Origin: Camelus dromedarius
Lineage: Eukaryota
Length of the DNA: 64,000 nt
NCBI RefSeq assembly: GCF_036321535.1
Contig: NC_087436.1
Location: 2,480,001 to 2,544,000, forward strand
Direction: 5' to 3'
Both the position numbers and the translations under genes were made by a program. Below, piece after piece: positions 1 to 10,740 of this stretch (position 1 is the first letter of the stretch; each line of letters starts with the position of its first letter). The notes under the pieces were generated by a model, which searched no databases, was not told the DNA's origin, and saw only the letters and a list, made by a program, of their open reading frames with translations.

Positions 1-3000
1 TCCCCATATATATGTATGGAGTGGAGTTTGCAACTGAAAAGAAACTTTGTGTTCCCAACAACCTATTTGAAGGACGGCTTTCACACACTCTTATCTCTTA
101 GAACTGAGCATGTGGAGAGACTTTCGTTCATCTAGCACAAAGGGAACGGGTTGCAGGAGAAACTTTTACTCTGTTTTCTCAGTCTGTTTCCTAGTGCCGG
201 TTTGTAGTTCCTGCAGTTTTAACTGTAAATCCGATTTGGAGCTAGTACCTCCCCATATATATGTATGGAGTGAAGTTTGCAACTGAAAAGAAATTTTGTG
301 TTCCCAACAAGCTAGGTGAAGGACGGCTTTCACACACATTTTTCTCTCAGAACTGAGCATGTGGAGAGACGTTCGTTCATCTAGCACAAATGGAACGGGT
401 TGCAGGAGAAACTTTAACTCTGGTTTCGCAGTCTGTTTCCTAGTGCCGGTTTGAAGTTCCTGCAGTTTTCACTGTAAAACCGAGTTGGAGCTAGTACGTC
501 CCCAAAAATATGTATGGAGTGGAGTTTGCAACTGAAAAAACTTTGTGTTCCCAACAAGCTAGGTGAAGGACGGCTTTCACACACACTTATCTCTGAGAAC
601 TGAGCATGTGGAGAGACGTTCGTTCATCTAGCACAAAGGGAACGTGTTGCAGGAGAAACTTTTACTCTGGTCTCTCAGTCTGTTTCCTAGTGCCGTTTTG
701 AAGTTCCTGCAGTTTTCACTGTAAAAAAGAGTTGGAGCTAGTACCTCCCCATATATATGTATGGAGTGGAGTTTGCAACTGAAAAGAAACTTTGTGTTAC
801 CAACTAGCTAGGTGAAGGACGGATTTCACACACACTTATCTCTAGAACTGAGCATGTGGAGAGACGTTCGTTCATCTAGCACAAAGGGAACGGTTTGCAG
901 GAGAAACTTTTACTCATTTTTCTCAATCTGTTTCCTAGTGACGGTTTGAAGTTCCTGCAGTTTTCACTGTAAAACCGAGTTGGAGCTAGTACCACCCAAT
1001 ATATATGTATGGAGTGGAGTTTGCAACTGAAAAGAAACTTTGTGTTCCCAACAAGCTAGGTGAAGGACGGCTTTCACACACACTTATCTCTCAGAACTGA
1101 GCATGTGGAGAGACGTTAGTTCATCTAGCACAAAGGGAACGGGTTGCAGGGGAAACTTTTACTCATTTTTCTCACTCTGTTTCCTAGTGCCGGTTTGAAG
1201 TTCCTGCAGTTTTCACTGTAAAACCGAGTTGGAGCTAGTACCTCCCCATATATATGTATGGATTGGAGTTTGCAACTGAAAAGCAACTTTGTGTTCCCAA
1301 CAAGCTAGGTGAAGGACGGCTTTCCCACACACTTATCTCTCAGATCTGAGCATGTGGAGAGACTTTCGTTCATCTAGCACAAAGGGAACGGTTTTTAGGA
1401 GAAACTTTTACTCTGGTTTCTCAGTCTGTTTCCTAGTGCCGGTTTGAAGTTCCTGCAGTTTTCACTGTAAAACCGAGTTGGAGCTAGTACCTCCCCATAA
1501 ATATGTATGGAGTGGAGTTTGCAACTGAAAAGGAACTTTGTGTTCTCAACAAGCTAGGTGAAGGACGGCTTTCACACACAATTATCTCTCAGAACTGAGC
1601 ATGTGGAGAGACGTTCGTTCATTTAGCACAAAGGGAACGGATTGCAGGAGAAACTATTACTCTGTTTTCTCAGTCCGTTTCCTAGTGCCGGTTTGAAGTT
1701 CCTTCAGTTTTCACTGTAAAGCCGAATTGGAGCTAGTACCTCCCCATATATATGTATGGAGTGGAGTTTGCAACTGAAAAGAAACTTTGTGTTCCCAACA
1801 AGCTAGGTGAAGGACGGCTTTCACACACACTTACCTCTCAGAACTGAGCATGTGGAGAGACGTTCGTTCATCTAGCACAAAGGGAACGGGTTGTATTAGA
1901 AAATTTTATTCTGGTTTCTCCGTCTGTTTCCTAGTGCCGGTTTGAAGTTTCTGTAGCTTTCACTGTAAAAACGAGTTGGAGCTAGTACCTCCCCATAAAT
2001 ATGAATGGATTGGAGTTTGCAACTGAAAAGAAACTTTGTGTTCCCAACAAGCTAGGTGAAGGACGGCTTTCACTCACACTTATCTCTCAGAACTGAGCAT
2101 TTGGAGAGACGTTCGTTCATCTAGCCAAATGGAACGGGTTGCAGGAGAAACTTTTACTCTGGTTTCTCAGTCTGTTTCCTAGTGCCGGTTTGAAGTTCCT
2201 GCAGTTTTCACTGTAAAACCGAGTTGGTGCTAGTACATCCCCATATATATTTATGGAGTGGAGTTTGCAACTGAAAAGAAACTTTGTGTTCCCAACAAGC
2301 TAGGTGAAGGACGGCTTTCACACACACTTATCTCTCAGAACTGAGCATGTGGAGAGACGTTCGTTCATCTAGCACAAAGGGAACGGGTTGCAGTAGAAAA
2401 TTTTACTCATTTTTCTCACTCTGTTTCCTAGTGCCGGTTTGAAATTCCTGCAGTTTTCACTGTAAAACAGAGTTGGAGCTAGTACCTCCCCATATATATG
2501 TATGGAGTGGAGTTTGCAACTGAAAAGAAACTTTGTTTTCCCAACAAGCTAGGTGAAGGACGGCTTTCACACACACTTATCTCTCAGAACTTAGCTTGTG
2601 GAGAGATGTTCGTTCATCTAGCACAAATGGAACTGGTTGCAGGAGAAACTTTTCCTCATTTTTCTCAATCTGTTTCCTAGTGCCGGTTTGAAGTTCCTGC
2701 AGTTTTCACTGTAAAACCGAGTTGGAGCTAGTACCTACCCATAAATATGTATGGAGTGGAGTTTGCAACTGTAAAGAAACTTTGTGTTCCCAACAAGCTA
2801 GGTGAAGGACGGCTTTCACACACATTTATCTCTGAGAACTGAGCATGTGGAGAGACGTTCGTTCATCTAGCACAATGGGAAGTTGTTGCAGGAGAAACTT
2901 TTACTCTGGTTTCTCAGTCTGTTTCCTATTGCCGGGTTGAAGTTCCTGCAGTTTTCACTGTAAAACCAAGTTGGAGCTAGTACCTCCCCATATATATGTA

Positions 3001-6000
3001 TGGAGTGGAGTTTGCAACTGAAAAGAAACTTTGTGTTCCCAACAACCTATTTGAAGGACGGCTTTCACACACTCTTATCTCTTAGAACTGAGCATGTGGA
3101 GAGACTTTCGTTCATCTAGCACAAAGGGAACGGGTTGCAGGAGAAACTTTTACTCTGTTTTCTCAGTCTGTTTCCTAGTGCCGGTTTGTAGTTCCTGCAG
3201 TTTTAACTGTAAATCTGATTTGGAGCTAGTACCTCCCCATATATATGTATGGAGTGGAGTTTGCAACTGAAAAGAAATTTTGTGTTCCCAACAAGCTAGG
3301 TGAAGGACGGCTTTCACACACATTTTTCTCTCAGAACTGAGCATGTGGAGAGACGTTCGTTCATCTAGCACAAATGGAACGGGTTGCAGGAGAAACTTTA
3401 ACTCTGGTTTCGCAGTCTGTTTCCTAGTGCCGGTTTGAAGTTCCTGCAGTTTTCACTGTAAAACCGAGTTGGAGCTAGTACGTCCCCAAAAATATGTATG
3501 GAGTGGAGTTTGCAACTGAAAAAACTTTGTGTTCCCAACAAGCTAGGTGAAGGACGGCTTTCACACACACTTATCTCTGAGAACTGATCATGTGGAGAGA
3601 CGTTCGTTCATCTAGCACAAAGGGAACGTGTTGCAGGAGAAACTTTTACTCTGGTCTCTCAGTCTGTTTCCTAGTGCCGTTTTGAAGTTCCTGCAGTTTT
3701 CACTGTAAAAAAGAGTTGGAGCTAGTACCTCCCCATATATATGTATGGAGTGGAGTTTGCAACTGAAAAGAAACTTTGTGTTACCAACTAGCTAGGTGAA
3801 GGACGGATTTCACACACACTTATCTCTAGAACTGAGCATGTGGAGAGACGTTCGTTCATCTAGCACAAAGGGAACGGTTTGCAGGAGAAACTTTTACTCA
3901 TTTTTCTCAATCTGTTTCCTAGTGACGGTTTGAAGTTCCTGCAGTTTTCACTGTAAAACCGAGTTGGAGCTAGTACCACCCAATATATATGTATGGATTG
4001 GAGTTTGCAACTGAAAAGAAACTTTGTGTTCCCAACAAGCTAGGTGAAGGACGGCTTTCACACACACTTATCTCTCAGAACTGAGCATGTGGAGAGACGT
4101 TAGTTCATCTAGCACAAAGGGAACGGGTTGCAGGGGAAACTTTTACTCATTTTTCTCACTCTGTTTCCTAGTGCCGGTTTGAAGTTCCTGCAGTTTTCAC
4201 TGTAAAACCGAGTTGGAGCTAGTACCTCCCCATATATATGTATGGAGTGGAGTTTGCAACTGAAAAGCAACTTTGTGTTCCCAACAAGCTAGGTGAAGGA
4301 CGGCTTTCCCACACACTTATCTCTCAGATCTGAGCATGTGGAGAGACTTTCGTTCATCTAGCACAAAGGGAACGGTTTTTAGGAGAAACTTTTACTCTGG
4401 TTTCTCAGTCTGTTTCCTAGTGCCGGTTTGAAGTTCCTGCAGTTTTCACTGTAAAACCGAGTTGGAGCTAGTACCTCCCCATAAATATGTATGGAGTGGA
4501 GTTTGCAACTGAAAAGAAACTTTGTGTTCTCAACAAGCTAGGTGAAGGACGGCTTTCACACACACTTATCTCTCAGAACTGAGCATGTGGAGAGACGTTC
4601 GTTCATTTAGCACAAAGGGAACGGATTGCAGGAGAAACTATTACTCTGTTTTCTCAGTCCGTTTCCTAGTGCCGGTTTGAAGTTCCTTCAGTTTTCACTG
4701 TAAAGCCGAATTGGAGCTAGTACCTCCCCATATATATGTATGGAGTGGAGTTTGCAACTGAAAAGAAACTTTGTGTTCCCAACAAGCTAGGTGAAGGACG
4801 GCTTTCACACACACTTACCTCTCAGAACTGAGCATGTGGAGAGACGTTCGTTCATCTAGCACAAAGGAACGGTTTGAAGGTTAAACTTTTACTCATTTTT
4901 CTCACTCCGTTTACTAGTGCCGGTTTGAAGTTCCTGCAGTTTTCACTGTAAAACCGAGTTGGATCTAGTACCTCCCCATAAATATGTATGGAGTCGGGTT
5001 TGCAACTGAAAACAAACTTTGTGTTCCCAACAAGCTATGTGAAGGACGGCTTTCCCACACACTTATCTCTCAGAACTGAGCATGTGGAGAGACGTTCGTT
5101 CATCTAGCACAAAGGGAACGGGTTGCAGGAGAAACTATTTCTCTGTATTTTCAGTCTGTTTCCTAGTGCCGGTTTGAAGTTCCTGCAGTTTTCACTGTAA
5201 AACCGAGTTGGAGCTTGTACCTCCCCATAAATATGTATGGAGTGGAGTTTGCAACTGAAAAGAAACTTTGTGTTCCCTACAAGGTAGTTGAAGGACGGCT
5301 TTCACACAGACTTATCTCTGAGAACTGAGCATGTGGAGAGACGTTCGTTCATCTAGCACAAAGGGAACGTGTTGCAGGAGAAACTTATACTCTGGTTTCT
5401 CAGTCTGTTTCGGAGTGCCGGTTTGAATTTCCTGCAGTTTTCACTGTAAAACCGATATGGAGCTAGTACCTCCCTATATATATGTATGGAGTGGAGTTTG
5501 CAACTGAAAAAACTTTGTGTTCCCAACAAGCTAGGTGAAGGACGGCTTTCACACACACTTATCTCTGAGAACTGATCATGTGGAGAGACGTTCGTTCATC
5601 TAGCACAAAGGGAACGTGTTGCAGGAGAAACTTTTACTCTGGACTCTCAGTCTGTTTCCTAGTGCCGTTTTGAAGTTCCTGCAGTTTTCACTGTAAAAAA
5701 GAGTTGGAGCTAGTACCTCCCCATATATATGTATGGAGTGGAGTTTGCAACTGAAAAGAAACTTTGTGTTACCAACTAGCTAGGTGAAGGACGGATTTCA
5801 CACACACTTATCTCTAGAACTGAGCATGTGGAGAGACGTTCGTTCATCTAGCACAAAGGGAACGGTTTGCAGGAGAAACTTTTACTCATTTTTCTCAATC
5901 TGTTTCCTAGTGACGGTTTGAAGTTCCTGCAGTTTTCACTGTAAAACCGAGTTGGAGCTAGTACCACCCAATATATATGTATGGATTGGAGTTTGCAACT

Positions 6001-9000
6001 GAAAAGAAACTTTGTGTTCCCAACAAGCTAGGTGAAGGACGGCTTTCACACACACTTATCTCTCAGAACTGAGCATGTGGAGAGACGTTAGTTCATCTAG
6101 CACAAAGGGAACGGGTTGCAGGAGAAACTTTTACTCATTTTTCTCACTCTGTTTCCTAGTGCCGGTTTGAAGTTCCTGCAGTTTTCACTGTAAAACCGAG
6201 TTGGAGCTAGTACCTCCCCATATATATGTATGGAGTGGAGTTTGCAACTGAAAAGCAACTTTGTGTTCCCAACAAGCTAGGTGAAGGACGGCTTTCCCAC
6301 ACACTTATCTCTCAGATCTGAGCATGTGGAGAGACTTTCGTTCATCTAGCACAAAGGGAACGGTTTTTAGGAGAAACTTTTACTCTGGTTTCTCAGTCTG
6401 TTTCCTAGTGCCGGTTTGAAGTTCCTGCAGTTTTCACTGTAAAACCGAGTTGGAGCTAGTACCTCCCCATAAATATGTATGGAGTGGAGTTTGCAACTGA
6501 AAAGAAACTTTGTGTTCTCAACAAGCTAGGTGAAGGACGGCTTTCACACACACTTATCTCTCAGAACTGAGCATGTGGAGAGACGTTCGTTCATTTAGCA
6601 CAAAGGGAACGGATTGCAGGAGAAACTATTACTCTGTTTTCTCAGTCCGTTTCCTAGTGCCGGTTTGAAGTTCCTTCAGTTTTCACTGTAAAGCCGAATT
6701 GGAGCTAGTACCTCCCCATATATATGTATGGAGTGGAGTTTGCAACTGAAAAGAAACTTTGTGTTCCCAACAAGCTAGGTGAAGGACGGCTTTCACACAC
6801 ACTTACCTCTCAGAACTGAGCATGTGGAGAGACGTTCGTTCATCTAGCACAAAGGAACGGTTTGAAGGTTAAACTTTTACTCATTTTTCTCACTCCGTTT
6901 ACTAGTGCCGGTTTGAAGTTCCTGCAGTTTTCACTGTAAAACCGAGTTGGATCTAGTACCTCCCCATAAATATGTATGGAGTCGGGTTTGCAACTGAAAA
7001 CAAACTTTGTGTTCCCAACAAGCTATGTGAAGGACGGCTTTCCCACACACTTATCTCTCAGAACTGAGCATGTGGAGAGACGTTCGTTCATCTAGCACAA
7101 AGGGAACGGGTTGCAGGAGAAACTATTTCTCTGTATTTTCAGTCTGTTTCCTAGTGCCGGTTTGAAGTTCCTGCAGTTTTCACTGTAAAACCGAGTTGGA
7201 GCTTGTACCTCCCCATAAATATGTATGGAGTGGAGTTTGCAACTGAAAAGAAACTTTGTGTTCCCTACAAGGTAGTTGAAGGACGGCTTTCACACAGACT
7301 TATCTCTGAGAACTGAGCATGTGGAGAGACGTTCGTTCATCTAGCACAAAGGGAACGTGTTGCAGGAGAAACTTATACTCTGGTTTCTCAGTCTGTTTCG
7401 GAGTGCCGGTTTGAATTTCCTGCAGTTTTCACTGTAAAACCGATATGGAGCTAGTACCTCCCTATATATATGTATGGAGTGGAGTTTGCAACTGAAAAGA
7501 AACTTTGTGTTCCCAACAAGCTAGGTGAAGGACGGCTTTCACACACACTTATCTCTCAGAACTGAGCATTTGGAGAGACGTTCGTTCATCTAGCACAAAT
7601 GGAACGGGTTGCAGGAGAAACTTTTACTCTGGTTTCTCAGTCTGTTTCCTAGTGCCGGTTTGAAGTTCCTGCAGTTTTCACTGTAAAACCGAGTTGGAGC
7701 TAGTACCTCCCCATATATATGTATGGAGTGGAGTTTGCAACTTAAAAGAATCTTTGTGTTCCCAACAAGCTAGGTGAAGGACGGCTTTCACACACACTTA
7801 TCTCTCAGAACTGAGCATGTGGAGAGACGTTCGTTCATCTAGCACAAAGGGAACTGGTTGCAGTAGAAAATTTTACTCATTTTTCTCACTCTGTTTCCTA
7901 GTGCTGGTATGAAGTTCCCGCAGTTTTCACTGTAAAACCGAGTTGGAGCTAGTACCTCCCCATATATATGTATGGAGTGGAGTTTGCAACTGAAAAGAAA
8001 CTTTGTGTTCCCAACAAGCTAGGTGAAGGACGGCTTTCACACACACTTATCTTTAGAACTGAGCATGTGGAGAGACGTTCGTTCATCTAGCACAAATGGA
8101 ACGGGTTGCAGGAGAAACTTTTACTCATTTTTCTCAATCTGTTTCCTAGTGACGGTTTGAAGATCCTGCATTTTTCACTGTAAAACCGAGTTGGAGCTAG
8201 TACTTCCCCATATATATGTATGGAGTGGAGTTTGCAACTGAAAAGAAACTTTGTGTTCCCAACAACCTATTTGAAGGACGGCTTTCACACACTCTTATCT
8301 CTTAGAACTGAGCATGTGGAGAGACTTTCGTTCATCTAGCACAAAGGGAACGGGTTGCAGGAGAAACTTTTACTCTGTTTTCTCAGTCTGTTTCCTAGTG
8401 CCGGTTTGTAGTTCCTGCAGTTTTAACTGTAAATCCGATTTGGAGCTAGTACCTCCCCATATATATGTATGGAGTGTAGTTTGCAACTGAAAAGAAATTT
8501 TGTGTTCCCAACAAGCTAGGTGAAGGACGGCTTTCACACACATTTTTCTCTCAGAACTGAGCATGTGGAGAGACGTTCGTTCATCTAGCACAAATGGAAC
8601 GGGTTGCAGGAGAAACTTTAACTCTGGTTTCGCAGTCTGTTTCCTAGTGCCGGTTTGAAGTTCCTGCAGTTTTCACTGTAATACCGAGTTGGAGCTAGTA
8701 CGTCCCCAAAAATATGTATGGAGTGGAGTTTGCAACTGAAAAAACTTTGTGTTCCCAACAAGCTAGGTGAAGGACGGCTTTCACACACACTTATCTCTGA
8801 GAACTGAGCATGTGGAGAGACGTTCGTTCATCTAGCACAAAGGGAACGTGTTGCAGGAGAAACTTTTACTCTGGTCTCTCAGTCTGTTTCCTAGTGCCGT
8901 TTTGAAGTTCCTGCAGTTTTCACTGTAAAAAAGAGTTGGAGCTAGTACCTCCCCATATATATGTATGGAGTGGAGTTTGCAACTGAAAAGAAACTTTGTG

Positions 9001-10740
9001 TTACCAACTAGCTAGGTGAAGGACGGATTTCACACACACTTATCTCTAGAACTGAGCATGTGGAGAGACGTTCGTTCATCTAGCACAAAGGGAACGGTTT
9101 GCAGGAGAAACTTTTACTCATTTTTCTCAATCTGTTTCCTAGTGACGGTTTGAAGTTCCTGCAGTTTTCACTGTAAAACCGAGTTGGAGCTAGTACCACC
9201 CAATATATATGTATGGAGTGGAGTTTGCAACTGAAAAGAAACTTTGTGTTCCCAACAAGCTAGGTGAAGGACGGCTTTCACACACACTTATCTCTCAGAA
9301 CTGAGCATGTGGACAGAAGTTAGTTCATCTAGCACAAAGGGAACGGGTTGCAGGGGAAACTTTTACTCATTTTTCTCACTCTGTTTCCTAGTGCCGGTTT
9401 GAAGTTCCTGCAGTTTTCACTGTAAAACCGAGTTGGAGCTAGTACCTCCCCATATATATGTATGGAGTGGAGTTTGCAACTGAAAAGCAACTTTGTGTTC
9501 CCAACAAGCTAGGTGAAGGACGGCTTTCCCACACTCTTATCTCTCAGATCTGAGCATGTGGAGAGACTTTCGTTCATCTAGCACAAAGGGAACGGTTTTT
9601 AGGAGAAACTTTTACTCTGGTTTCTCAGTCTGTTTCCTAGTGCCGGTTTGAAGTTCCTGCAGTTTTCACTGTAAAACCGAGTTGGAGCTAGTACCTCCCC
9701 ATAAATATGTATGGAGTGGAGTTTGCAACTGAAAAGAAACTTTGTGTTCTCAACAAGCTAGGTGAAGGGCGGCTTTCACACACAATTATCTCTCAGAACT
9801 GAGCATGTGGAGAGACGTTCGTTCATTTAGCACAAAGGGAACGGATTGCAGGAGAAACTATTACTCTGTTTTCTCAGTCCGTTTCCTAGTGCCGGTTTGA
9901 AGTTCCTTCAGTTTTCACTGTAAAGCCGAATTGGAGCTAGTACCTCCCCATATATATGTATGGAGTGGAGTTTGCAACTGAAAAGAAACTTTGTGTTCCC
10001 AACAAGCTAGGTGAAGGACGGCTTTCACACACACTTACCTCTCAGAACTGAGCATGTGGAGAGACGTTCGTTCATCTAGCACAAAGGAACGGTTTGAAGG
10101 TTAAACTTTTACTCATTTTTCTCACTCCGTTTACTAGTGCCGGTTTGAAGTTCCTGCAGTTTTCACTGTAAAACCGAGTTGGATCTAGTACCTCCCCATA
10201 AATATGTATGGAGTCGGGTTTGCAACTGGAAACAAACTTTGTGTTCCCAACAAGCTATGTGAAGGACGGCTTTCCCACACACTTATCTCTCAGAACTGAG
10301 CATGTGGAGAGACGTTCGTTCATCTAGCACAAAGGGAACGGGTTGCAGGAGAAACTTTTTCTCTGTATTTTCAGTCTGTGTCCTAGTGCCGGTTTGAAGT
10401 TCCTGCAGTTTTCACTGTAAAACCGAGTTGGAGCTTGTACCTCCCCATAAATATGTATGGAGTGGAGTTTGCAACTGAAAAGAAACTTTGTGTTCCCTAC
10501 AAGGTAGTTGAAGGACGGCTTTCACACAGACTTATCTCTGAGAACTGAGCATGTGGAGAGACGTTCGTTCATCTAGCACAAAGGGAACGTGTTGCAGGAG
10601 AAACTTATACTCTGGTTTCTCAGTCTGTTTCGGAGTGCCGGTTTGAATTTCCTGCAGTTTTCACTGTAAAACCGATATGGAGCTAGTACCTCCCTATATA
10701 TATGTATGGAGTGGAGTTTGCAACTGAAAAGAAACTTTGT
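1..10740. repeat. HOR domain 1: 12/13-monomer higher-order unit, about three related copies starting at ~1, ~2985 and ~8205
   Basis: The marker AACCTATTTGAAGG and the near-identical chance ORF recur at 166, 3150 and 8370 (spacing 2984 = 12 monomers, 5220 = 21 monomers). The marker GCCGAATTGG is at 1721, 4705, 6693 and 9925 (spacing 2984, 1988, 3232). I did not see these markers after ~10.7 kb. Confidence 0.88.
3492..7467. repeat. Recent tandem duplication of an 8-monomer (1988 bp) block
   Basis: Variants ACTGATCATG (~3583/~5571), ATGGATTGG (~3993/~5981), GTCGGGTTTG and CCGATATGG recur at an offset of 1988. The junction lies within ~5480-5507. Confidence 0.9.

Noticed and set aside
6..90. (TA)n and (CA)n microsatellites and a TATA-like motif
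   Set aside because: They are short fixed parts of the monomer with almost no length variation, and there is no evidence of promoter function.
1..249. Tandem RNA-gene array (5S rRNA, tRNA, snRNA) or SINE-derived unit
   Set aside because: I see no recognisable 5S, tRNA or snRNA sequence and no convincing Pol III A/B/C boxes. An Rfam or tRNAscan-SE search would settle this.
1863..1890. TTCGTT...GGAACGGG resembling a split CENP-B box
   Set aside because: The two halves are 13 bp too far apart, and removing the gap still misses the conserved A. Probably coincidental.
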